Positions 26,687 through 39,039 of a DNA stretch of 64,000 bases are shown one piece after another. The notes under the pieces are model-generated. The model saw only the letters and a list, made by a program, of their open reading frames with translations. It made no database searches and was not told the DNA's origin. The first letter of the stretch is position 1. Each line of letters starts with the position of its first letter. The stretch is from Octopus vulgaris (Eukaryota), in contig OX597831.1 in the NCBI GenBank assembly GCA_951406725.2, positions 75,826,001 through 75,890,000 of the forward strand, given 5' to 3'. A program made the translations under genes and the position numbers.

Positions 26687-27450
26687 TGTCACTAACTTGT
26701 ACCACACAGCGTGGCCAACGAAAGTGAGTTGGTTTGCACGTGCCCCGCTCGTCCTAAAAGATGCTGGGCTAGCCTCTGTTAGTTTTTATTTTAATTTTTT
26801 TATTCTTATTCATCTTCGCGTCCATTCTGCAGATATTGTCTGTAATTTCTGAATAGAAATCGTAAGTTTTAGAAGAAAAAATAAAAAACGAAAAGAAAAA
26901 AAGTCTGCTCGAAATTTTATTGTGGTAAGTATCCACCCCACACGGTGTCTAAGAAATCGTTTTTTTTCGCACGTGCCCCCCTGTAAGCTTTGAGCTGTCC
27001 GAAGCGGTCCTTTCTGCATCCATTTTAAAAATACATTGTCTACGTAGTGTTGGAAAATTGTTATTTACTTTAAAAAGTAAAATAACAACAACAACAACAA
27101 CTACATCAACAATAATAAAACAATAAGTAATTTCTATTTTTTTACTGTTTTGTCACTTTACCACACATGGTCCACCCTCCCCCCTCTTTGTAAAAAATGC
27201 TGAAATCAAACAAGCACGTGCAATGTTATAGCGTCGAGATCTTGGAGATAGTCCGGAGCCCCCCTCCCCCACCTCGACCGCCCTCCACACCATCCTTCCC
27301 CGCCACCGTGGTGCCCATTCCTTAGATAGAGTTTACAAAAGAGTAAAAAAGGAAATTGGCGTTTACCTTTTCAAAAACGCACTTGAACATTTAATGTGGT
27401 TGTAGTACCACAAAGCCCCCGTCTAAGAAAACGGCTGACCAGCACATGTG
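26687..27450. promoter_or_regulatory. Candidate enhancer: GCACGTGC x3 and Runx-type TGTGGT/ACCACA x5
   Basis: CACGTG at 26737, 26970, 27215; Runx-type sites at 26701, 26921, 27160, 27395, 27407. Duplicate at ~42660-43425. Confidence 0.45.
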
Positions 27451-27585
27451 ATCGAGGGATCAAAATGGTTCGCCTCATACCATCTGTGTCGCTTTCCACA
27501 CAGAATCGACAGTAAAACCCCCTTTTGTATTTGGTAACACTCGAACGCCAAACCCCTACTACTGCGTTTGACATCTTACAAACAC

Positions 27586-27635
<50 letters not shown>

Positions 27636-29303
27636 ATCGCTTCACACACTTGGGTTTATTTGCTAATTAAATGCGTATACAAAGCAGAAAATAAGAAGAA
27701 ATAAAAAAGAAGAGGGAAGTTTCTCAAGACGAAATAAAAGTAAAATGCTAGGTTAGTTCCCTTGTACCTCCACCCCGTGGTCCCATGCTTTTTATTTATT
27801 TATTTATTTATTTATTTATCATTTCTTGTTTTTGTTTTTTCTTCATGTGGGTAGTGCGTGCGTGCGTGCGCGAGTGCGTGCATGAGGGAGTGAGCGAGAG
27901 AGAAAGCTTCTCCTGTCCCGTCAAATCGAATGTTTGGAAAACTTTGCTATCGACATAGGGGTAGGGCCGCAGGTATGGGGTGGGTGGGGTGGAGTTTAGA
28001 AAGTAAACTTTTTTTTTTTGACCACAAAAAAAAATGGTATTCTTTTGACACCTCAACTAAAACTTTTTTTTCTCTCTCTCTCTCTCGTAGAGGAAGTCTT
28101 AAGTTTGGATTATAGATAATAGCATTTCAGAAATCTTGAGCTAAAAATGAGAGATAATGATAATAATATTACTAATAATTAAAACAGAAAGAAAAACAGA
28201 AGGAAAAATTCTCAAAAAAAACCAAAAAAAAATCAGAGTAAATGTGGCATAGATTGCTCGAGATTATAAATTTAGTTATGATTAAAGTATTATAATTAGT
28301 TATCGATTAATACTTGTTAAATATAATCGAAGATATCAATCGATAATTGAAGATATATTTGAGAAAAGAATGGATATTTAAAAAAAAATTCGAAAGTTTT
28401 CTATTTTAAATGCATTTTTTGCCGTTTATGGATCGGAGTTTTATAACAACTAAACGACCGATTCGAGAGAAAAAAGAGAGAATTGCTATTATGATCTGTC
28501 ATCTCCTTAATATATTTGGAAGAAGTTTTTACAAAGTTCACATGGTTTGAGTAAGCAATAGGCAGTTTGAAGATCCGTCGAATGAGAGTATAAAAAAGAA
28601 TAATAATAAAAAAAGTAAAAAAAGAAGAAAAAAACCGAAATTCTATTATAATTGCCCTCCCATTCTCACAGCATTCAGTGGAATGTGAAAGTGGCAACTC
28701 AAGTGAATGTGGCTCTGTGATGAGTGACACAGTAACTTTGTGATATCACATACGGCGCTTTTTAAAAACTATCTCTCATTCCGAAGTACTTCGTCTAGCA
28801 GAGCGCATTCCACTACCACATTTCGAAAGGTTTACAGAATTGTTGCATTAATCTTTATCCATATTAGGACTATTATTGCATCCCATTCCTCCTGGCGACA
28901 AAAGGTTTCAGAGCAGGGAGAGAGATGGAATTTTTTTTAACCCGGCAAACTCGAACCCTCAAATTTAGTGATAGTTATCTCCCTTACCTTCGCTGTTTTA
29001 AAATGTTCCTCTGGCGGGTTTTATGAGTGGAGGAAATGATGGTCGTAAAGCGCCGCACCAATCGAGTACACAAACTGTGATTTGCATGCTGTGTTGAAAT
29101 ATTCTTATCTGATTAAAATATGCTTTTCTTTTTCAGCATATATTTCGAATTAAGATCATTTAGGTAATGGAAATAAACTAAGCGAAATCATAAAATGATG
29201 TAGTTTTCAAGCTACTTGGAACTCGCCGGTGGGAAAAAGATGAGGGTAAAAATTCGGCGGGAGAGTTTGGCAAGAAATTAGCAATGGTTAAGCGGGTACG
29301 GGA

Positions 29304-29865
29304 TATAAAGGCGCAGTAGTGGGTAGCGGCTTTACAACAGAAGTGGGGAAAAAATATAAAAAAATCTTATCATACTGGGCACTCGATAAGGTTGCTTGTT
29401 CACTGTTCTCTGTGAGTCTGACTCCGTGAATCCCCATCGTCGACTGTGTTTCTTTCCCACACTTGAACAAAATGGGTTTAGGACCTTTCCATAAAATTAA
29501 AGAATAGTGAAATCACTCGAATAGAGTGCTACAAAGAATTCTTTGGCTATTCGGAGCGAATGGGCCCTCAGGAGGCCTGCGATTGCCCATTTCTCAACTC
29601 TCCATCCAACCGGAGGCAGCTTTACTAGCCTCGGCGCGGACAAGAAATTATGTTGGTAAAATCCAGAAGAGTTGAAACGCTGACAAAAGAACTGCAGCCA
29701 GCTACAATGCACTTCCAAAAACTATAGACCAAAACATTCTCAAATTTTTGACGGCTTAGCAGCTGTCTTCGTCGGGGGGATGGAAATGAAAAAAAAGTTT
29801 TAAAAGCAAGTGTATTGTGTGACAGTGTCTATATAACGGCTACTGATAGCCTTTCTTTCTCAAAT
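29304..29865 (+). promoter_or_regulatory. Candidate core promoter(s)
   Basis: TATAAA at 29304; TATATAA at 29830 with a pyrimidine-rich TCA ~32 bp downstream; CCAAT at 29058. Confidence 0.4.
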
Positions 29866-29989
29866 GCAATTGGTTTTAGTGTTGTGAACGTTCTTGATTG
29901 TTCGTTCTCTTGCATGGGAAAGGGAAGATCTCCACCAGCCGTTACGTAGACGGGGTTGCGCAACTGTGGATAAGCTGTTCAATGTCTTC

Positions 29990-30042
29990 ATGGAATTCCT
30001 ACCCAGTGCGGATTTAGAATTTTTCAACTAAATGGAGAACTG
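29990..30042 (+). CDS. Candidate first coding exon, copy 1 (1-bp shorter, frameshifted version)
   Basis: ATG in cttcATGG, donor ctg|GTAAGT at 30043; lacks one C relative to copy 2 and so reads MEFLPSADLEFFN*. Confidence 0.3.
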
Positions 30043-31760
30043 GTAAGTGTTTTGGTTACGAAAGCGTCCGATACAAAATTTGAGACTGCCTCGGGGATAG
30101 AGTAGCACTAACGTAAGTGTTCATAGGTGCCTTACTCTTTCTCTCGCGATCTCTTTGCCTCCGCCTAGAAACCTCACCGTTACCTTATGACCTGTTCAAG
30201 CATCTATCAAAACCGCAAGGGAATTTTTTCCGTTTATAAATTTTTTTCTTTTTAAAAAATTTCCGTATAATTTTATGGTATTGTTGTTAAATATTTCGAT
30301 TATTATTTTACAAATGCAAAATATTGTTTGTTGAAATTTTGAAAAAGTTTCTCTTTTTTTCCCTACTTTTTTTTTTCGTTTTTTGAAATTAAATGTGTTT
30401 GTTGTCTTTAACGGAAAAAAAATGTTTTTCTAAATTTGTTTCCTCGAAAATTCACCCCAAATATGATCACTTTTATTCACATCTTTAAATTCCTGATGCA
30501 ATATATTCTTTTCTCCATATTCTGTAAATAATTTGAGAATTTTATTCCAGCAGGAAGCACGTCAGATAACTAACTTTTGTGGTGAAAAAAAAAATATATA
30601 TATAAAAAATTATGAATAATGGTGGAATTTTACTTCCGAAAATTTGTCCCAAAATGAATTTCATTTCTTGCTTATAATATCAAATACATCTGCACACATG
30701 TCTATATAGTAACATATATACACATATGTGTATATTAATATATACATAAGCGGATATTTTTTCATTCAACTCTACAGTTCTTGTTTCAGCAATTTTTTTT
30801 TAAATGACCAAAAATATTACTCTGCTTTCTTCCTTAAACACTATTCCTTGCTCCATCATTTGCAGAATTAGCTAAATTAAAAAAAAACAACGAAATATTA
30901 ACGCTTCTGTAGCACGTTATAATTTAACATAACCGTAGTATAAGTATTTCACCTTCTATCAATTTGTATGCAAAAAATTCAAAGCCCTAAATAGTTATAG
31001 TGTCTCTGAGTAGGTTTAAATTCCTACACAATTCTCTTATTTCGTATTCAAGTAGATGCGTGTTGTGTTAGAATCTAGTTGCTCTGATTGAATCGGTTTT
31101 TGTAGGACAGATTGTATGAGTGGCTAAGCTTGATGGGCCGCAAACCCTGGTGGCATGTTATGAATTCAACATTGTTTGAACAAGCCCCAAATGTATGTCA
31201 AGGTTTGTATGCACTCGTGATTTAAGTGCATAGTTAGACGTGGCAGTCTGGATGTTATTCGAGTGCACATTATCGGCACGTTCAGTTGCTCCACGCTTTT
31301 TTTCCCATCCGTGAATGAAGTCTGGCGCCCAGTACGCCCGAACAGCTGAATACTATAACTGGCTCTCATTCACTTAGGGAATCGGGCCTAGAACAAAAAA
31401 TACGCCTCGAAATATAAACCAGAAGCTAACTATATGGCTCACAAAAATCCACTGGTAATTACCATATGACAGTAAGCTAGGACTTGGCAACCGATAGTTT
31501 TTGATTCACTTAAATTCTGCCCTATTTTGAGGACCAGAAGAAAAAAAAAAAACAAGAGCTTATTCAACTTTCACCATGTGAAGCTGAGAAAAGCGATGAA
31601 GGCGGATAAAAGAAAGATAGAAATAAATGGACACATGATACATAGATACATGTGTGTACGTGTATATATATATATGTGTATATATGCATCAACATTTATA
31701 CATGTATATACAAGTATACATACATACAAGTATACATACATACACGTATACATACATACA

Positions 31761-31841
<81 letters not shown>

Positions 31842-32243
31842 ATAATGATACAATATAAAAGGTTTCTAAATTCGAATTTTCTTTTAATCAAACATAATTA
31901 CTATCTTTTTTTTTAATGTTGAAGTCAATGATTTATAAGTTTATTTTTTAATTAGAACTTTAATTATCTTTTATAACCAGGGAGATATTTACGTCAGTCT
32001 CTTTATTTTCCCTTTTAGTTATAAATGAACAATTTTGTCAGACACTGAGTTTTCCTGTTTCCTTATCTTTACAAAAAATACGAACCGTTTACTTCTTAGT
32101 TATTCAGGGTTAACCGTGGTTTTGGAGTTTTGGTTTAGTTTAGTTAAAATTGGGAAGTCGATGGTTAAGTGTACGGCTTAATTGCACTTAATGAGACATC
32201 AACACACATACATACATACATACATGCATAAACATACACACAC

Positions 32244-32303
<60 letters not shown>

Positions 32304-32406
32304 ATAATAAAGGGTGAAATTAATTAATTTAGAAATAATCATTAATTTCACCAAGTAGAGTTCGGCATGTAAAAGCCCCATTCAAAATCGTTGCTAAACC
32401 CTTAAT

Positions 32407-32476
<70 letters not shown>

Positions 32477-32483
32477 TGTTTAC

Positions 32484-32658
32484 TACTTATTTACTTGTGT
32501 ATAAGTTGCATTATTTTATATTTGGTCTTAAGCGGAAAACAAAGCAAAAAAATAAATTAAACTGGACTGTTATTCATACTCGGGGTAAAGCTAAAACTAT
32601 GAAAGGGAAAAAATTTCAGTAAATTAGGGATGCGACTTATACACGAGTAAATATGGTA
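32484..32658. mobile_element. Tc2/pogo-like MITE (duplicate at ~48478-48649)
   Basis: TIRs tacttatttacttgtgtataagttgcat / atgcgacttatacacgagtaaatatggta with TA ends. Confidence 0.7.
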
Positions 32659-33539
32659 AATCTATTTTCATGCTTTGAGGTTTATTTTCGGGAAAAAAAG
32701 TTGGTGAAAGACTCCAAATCGAAGAATTGTACATTTATAATTTCCGTCTCACTGAAGAATATTTGGCAACGATGACCAAGTTTCTTGTTTCTGCGAATTC
32801 CTAATAAATTATAACAAGTTTGTGTTGAGAATAACTTAGACTTTTGATCCGTCAAATCTGAGGTGCGGTTTCGCATCTCCCGGAGCAATAAATGACCAGA
32901 CGGAAAGGCATGAACATCACAAATGTTTGACTTAAACAAATTCCCCTCTGTCAGTCCCAAAACGTTGTTTCTGCGTAAAAAACATAGGCATAAACCTATA
33001 CGAAGCACGGATTTTGTGGTGGAAGCTGATGAGATGATTCAATCACCACAGTTTCAATACCAGGTTGTGACAGGTTCATATGATCTATGTTGGTAATGTG
33101 CCTTCAGAAAGGCATGAATGACTCATCCTCTTACGTTTCTTTCTCTCAATTTTCAGGAATTGTATTTTTGGTGAGAAGTAATAGAGAGGGTTCTGTCGAA
33201 AGTTATGGCAGATAAAGAATATCTTTCTTCAGAGTTTGGTTCATAAAAATGAAATACGTGGTCATGCTGGGGCACCGCCTTGGAGAATTTTTAGTCAAAT
33301 GAATCGACCCCAGTACTTGTGTTAATTTTTTTGTTAAAGTTTGGTATTTATTTTAATAATCCTCTTTTGCCGAACCGCTAAGCTGCGGGGAGGCAAACAC
33401 ACCAGCACCGGTTCTGAAGCGTTTGGGGGAACAAACACAGACACAGAGACACTTGCATATATATTCACACATATGTGTTTACATCTATACCTATATATAT
33501 ATATATAGATATATGAATATATCTATATATATGTATATA

Positions 33540-33654
<115 letters not shown>

Positions 33655-33924
33655 CAGTGCTTTCACAACATTATATGTTTCTGTCTTACCGTGGGTCCCC
33701 ATTCAATAAAAATATTTTGCTAATCAGGTTCGATTCCTGGCCAAACTTTGTAACGTCCATTTACTTATATCTTGAGATGTATCTATATTTTTATACTTAT
33801 TTGATATCCATCTGATCAATATGCAATCATATATATATATATATATATATATACACAAAGTCACGAGCGCGCATATATACTGATTGCATATTGATCAGAT
33901 GGATATCAATGAGTATACAAATGA

Positions 33925-33960
<36 letters not shown>

Positions 33961-34051
33961 CATGCTATACATACATATATACATACACACACACACACAC
34001 ATATATATACTCATATATACATACATATATATATTTGTATATACACAAACA

Positions 34052-34101
<50 letters not shown>

Positions 34102-34278
34102 CATTTCTCTCTCTCTCTCTCTCTCTAGCTATCTGTCTGTCTGTCTCTCTCTTTATCTATACGTCTCTCTCTCTCTCTCTCACACTCTCTCTATCAATCT
34201 ATTTATCTAACCCTATATCTATCAATCTCTCAATCAAAGAATCAATCAAACAATCAATCAATCAATCTATCTACCTAC

Positions 34279-34311
<33 letters not shown>

Positions 34312-34312
34312 A

Positions 34313-34387
<75 letters not shown>

Positions 34388-34388
34388 A

Positions 34389-34489
<101 letters not shown>

Positions 34490-34659
34490 CCTACCTACCT
34501 ACCTATCTATCTAGCTATCTATCTATATCTATATCTTTATCTATCTATATCTTATATTTGTTAAACTGTTGCTGGATTTTCCCCTTTTATTACTTTCAAT
34601 TTGTCATTCCAGAGCGCATGACGACATATCTGAATTTATGTATTTTACGCTGTATGGAA

Positions 34660-34862
34660 ACTGGTCTTAATTTTTGGCACAAAGCCAGCAATTTAGAGGT
34701 AGGGCAAAGTCGATTACACCGACTCCAGTTTTCGGCTGGTACTTATTTCATCTACTCCGAAAGAATGGAAACCTTAATTTGAACTGAGAACATATAGACG
34801 GGCGAAATGCTTCAAAGCATTTTCCCTCGAGTCCTAACGATTCTACCCGATCGCCACCTTAA
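34660..34862 (-). mobile_element. SINE family 2, decayed (duplicate ~50640-50840)
   Basis: Reverse-complement match. Confidence 0.7.
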
Positions 34863-35010
34863 ACGTATAAATATCTGTCTCTAATTTATCTTCATGTCTC
34901 ATATTTGGACACTTGATATATATCACGTATACCTATAAGTTCTATATATAAGCAATTGTTATTCTGCATGTCTTATTTCCTATATATTTGCTCCAATATA
35001 TACCTGTAGG

Positions 35011-35071
<61 letters not shown>

Positions 35072-35285
35072 GTACTTACATATCTAAAGTATCCTGCCAA
35101 TATCTGATATTTTCATGGTTGTTTTACCTTACTGTGAACTTGATATTATTGTACCTAACCATTTCTGGCGCCCTACGTGTTGGTGTGTCTAGATTCTATT
35201 GAATCCTATAACTTAACTGTCTACCTCATACACCCCCCACACACATGTATGTATATGTATGCATGTATGAATGTAGGTAGGTAGG

Positions 35286-35400
<115 letters not shown>

Positions 35401-36455
35401 ATGTCTCTACAACTGATAAATTGTTATGCTGACACTATAGCCCATGGCATATCTGTGTTTTCCTGTTTAAACTTGCTATTTCATATTGCCTTCTACTTGT
35501 GTTCGGATATCTTTGAAATGGATTCTCTGACAAATCAAAATTTGATTCCCTTTTTTTCCCTCTCTCCTTCTCTGCCTACCTGCCTGCCTGCCTGTCTATC
35601 AGTCTCTCTGTCTGTCTGTATCTCTTTATATCTATATGTATATATATATGTGTGTGTGTATGTGTATAAAATGTACACTATATTCATATATATTACATAC
35701 ATGTACGTAATATATCTATATATCAATATCTATCTTCTTACATATGTATAGATATATATGTATATATATATATATATATCATGCACACTGTTCGGTACCT
35801 TTTTTCTGGAGATAGTATATAAAAAACTACATTATTCAATGTGTGTTGCCTCTTTTTTAAGACATTGCAGTGTGACTTCATGGTTATTTAACTGTTTTTT
35901 CTAGCGGGTCGAGTGACTACACCGAAGGTCCCTCGATGGCGACTTGGCAAAAAGTTGCCATATTTCATACATATATCATACAGTATCTTTTATACCGCTT
36001 ATATCATTATTTCATATATCTTACGTTAAATATTTCGTGGTATATATTTCACTGTGGTATATTTTATCACGCTATATTTCACCATTAAGCAATATCTCCC
36101 ATGTTACTATATGATTATGTTATATCTCTTATGCTATATATCTCATAATAGTACATACTTCTTACGATATATATATATATATATATATATCATTATGATC
36201 CATTTATATGTTATATCTCATCTTACCAAATACCTTATGCTACATATCCTATGTTATTTTTTCATATCTCATATATCGCCCATGTTATATCCATTATGAT
36301 ATTTATCTCACATATATTTTTATGCTACATCATTTCTTTGCTATACGTATGGCATAACCCTATATCTTTATGCCATAAATATATCGCGATATCAAATCTT
36401 TTGCTATAGATCTCAGTATGACATGTTATATATCTCATCTTAATATATCTTTTAT

Positions 36456-36503
<48 letters not shown>

Positions 36504-36526
36504 GGGCGCTCTCTCTCTCCCTCGCA

Positions 36527-36592
<66 letters not shown>

Positions 36593-36680
36593 CTTCCGGT
36601 CTTTCAAAATGTAACCTCGTGTGTACCGTTGTCGATTTTTTTCCTCTGTCTTCCCTTCTCTGGGTCTTTCCTTCTCCTAT

Positions 36681-36715
36681 GTTTCCGACGAAGAGCTCCG
36701 CTCGAAACGTTAAAC
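36681..36715 (+). ncRNA. Minimal type I hammerhead-like motif (family A), best copy
   Basis: gttt CCGACGA A GAGC tcc GCTC GAA A CG T T aaac: stem I gttt/aaac, stem II GAGC/GCTC, palindromic ACGT stem III. Confidence 0.7.
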
Positions 36716-36800
36716 CCTCCTTCTTTCTTGAGCGTCCATTAATACTATATTTGTTCGACGTCCTCGCGTTGTTGTGTTTTTTTGGTGCTTTCTTGTTTGG

Positions 36801-36842
<42 letters not shown>

Positions 36843-37560
36843 GACTTTATATTCCTTAGAAACAAGCTGTGTATTTTCATGCTCAAAAAATGTTATTTCG
36901 TGGACAGCCCTCACTGCAAAGCAATAAGAACAAGGCGTCGGTTCGGGAGATCGAATGCTAGCTTTGATCATACGTGTCCTTGATCAAGGTAATCGATCCC
37001 TGCCAGTCCTCAACGGCCATTTCCATCTAACAGAAAGTAGGTCGTTGTTATTATTTTCATTATTTAGCCCAGGTCAGCTCTGACCAGGGGCTGACCAGGA
37101 GATGGTGGAATGGGCTGCTCGATGGAAGTTCAAATAACTTTTTACCGTGATCTTCGTGTCTTTTGTTTTTCAGCCAAAGTCTACCTAGAACTATGTTATC
37201 TATTGCGTCCTTCACTTTTGTCACAGTAAAGTTCTCTTTGGGGGAAATTTTATCATTTCTAGCAGGTCCGATTGGGAGTATAAAGTAAATATACATGTGT
37301 GTGTGTGTGTAATTCTTTAGCAAGAACAGTATTAACAGTGTTTTCGAAGTTCCGACCAGCTAAGCCATCATTGGACTGTCACTTCAGTGATGGGTTAGCT
37401 GCCTGAGACTTCGAAGTCACTGGCAATTTGTACTCTACAAAAGCATGGAGTAACACTTCAGAATAATGTAAAACTGTTTTCATTATAACTAAACGTAAAG
37501 AACAAACAATACATACATACATACATACATACATACATACATACATACATACATACATAC

Positions 37561-37595
<35 letters not shown>

Positions 37596-37693
37596 GGAGT
37601 AAACATATAAATGTGAAACAAGGTGGAAAAAAGAGTACTCAAATACCAGTGGTAGAGTAATATGCTTTATTTAAAAGCAGTAGAAAATTCAAC

Positions 37694-37740
37694 AAAACCT
37701 GTTACTCTGAGTTTCACGTTTCCGTTCGTCGGACAGTTTT
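37694..37740 (-). ncRNA. Type I hammerhead ribozyme motif (family B), best copy
   Basis: Minus strand: aaaactgt CCGACGA ACG GAAA CGT GAA ACTC A GAGT A acaggtttt; all three stems pair; GUA cleavage triplet. Confidence 0.78.
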
Positions 37741-38052
37741 TCTTTTATATATATATAATCAGAAACTCACACTTTTATCCAGAGCCAATGAAGTAAAGTT
37801 TAATTTCTTTACAAGCAAGGATGTAAACGGGGGTTTGGAGAATCACGGAAACCTGGGTTTACCACATTCATCCATAGTATTATTTCTAAGTCAAAAGTGT
37901 TTCAATTTGATTTCATTTCGCTGAACCTCACTGAAGAGTTGAGCCAAGATTCACTGTAAACGTTGCTGATCTGACTCTCTCCCTCTCACACACTCTCTCT
38001 CTCGCTCTCTCAGGTTCAACAACATTCTATGAGTATTTGACTTCTACCAATG

Positions 38053-38134
<82 letters not shown>

Positions 38135-38135
<1 letters not shown>

Positions 38136-38300
38136 ATAGCCGCAGGCATGGCTTTGTGGTAAGAAGCTTGCTTCTCAATCACATGGTTTCGGGTTCAATC
38201 CCACTGCGTGGCACCTTGGGCAAGTGTCTTCTATTATAACCTCGGGCCGACCAAAGCCTTGTGAGGGGATTTGGTAGATGGAAACTGGGAGAAGCCTGTC

Positions 38301-38339
<39 letters not shown>

Positions 38340-38377
38340 GCAACAGGTAAACGAAACTATGTATATATATATATATG

Positions 38378-38441
<64 letters not shown>

Positions 38442-38471
38442 TATGTATATATATATGTATATATATATATG

Positions 38472-38514
<43 letters not shown>

Positions 38515-38515
38515 G

Positions 38516-38578
<63 letters not shown>

Positions 38579-38845
38579 ATATCACAATAGCATTGTATTA
38601 CATAACTCACTTTAGGAGCCAATAAGGCGGTGAACGGGTAGAATTGCTTGCAGACCGGACAAAATACTTAGCGATATTTCGTTCGTCATTGCGTCCTGAG
38701 TTCAAATTATGCCGTATCGTCTCTGCCTTTCATTCTTCCTGGGTCAATGAAATAAGTACTAGTTGATACTGGATTTGGTGTAATCGACTAGTCCCACCAC
38801 CTCTCCCCAAATTTCAGGCCTTGTACCTGTTGTACAAAAGATTAT
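38135..38845 (+). mobile_element. SINE family 1 5' half (38135-38302) and SINE family 2 (38622-38845); duplicates at ~54450-55165
   Basis: Sequence matches to both families. Confidence 0.8.
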
Positions 38846-38939
38846 TTCAGGAAGGATAGTGCTTCTATTCGATCTCTCGAATTTCGTTTTGGTTACTATT
38901 CATTTCTCTTGCAATAACCGGTTCTTTTGGTCAAACTAT

Positions 38940-39039
38940 NNNNNNNNNNNNNNNNNNNNNNNNNNNNNNNNNNNNNNNNNNNNNNNNNNNNNNNNNNNNN
39001 NNNNNNNNNNNNNNNNNNNNNNNNNNNNNNNNNNNNNNN
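38940..39039. other. Scaffold gap (exactly 100 N)
   Basis: Read directly. Confidence 1.

Noticed and set aside
28679-28700. tggaatgt matching the miR-1 5' end
   Set aside because: The remainder does not match miR-1 and there is no precursor hairpin.
31106-31225. Possible second exon after tttttgtag (DRLYEWLSLMGRKPWW...)
   Set aside because: The frame is not preserved between the two copies, the acceptor is weak, and there is no recognisable homology.
33015-33050. CTGATGA inside a tgtggtg/caccaca hairpin
   Set aside because: No GAAA follows; not a hammerhead.
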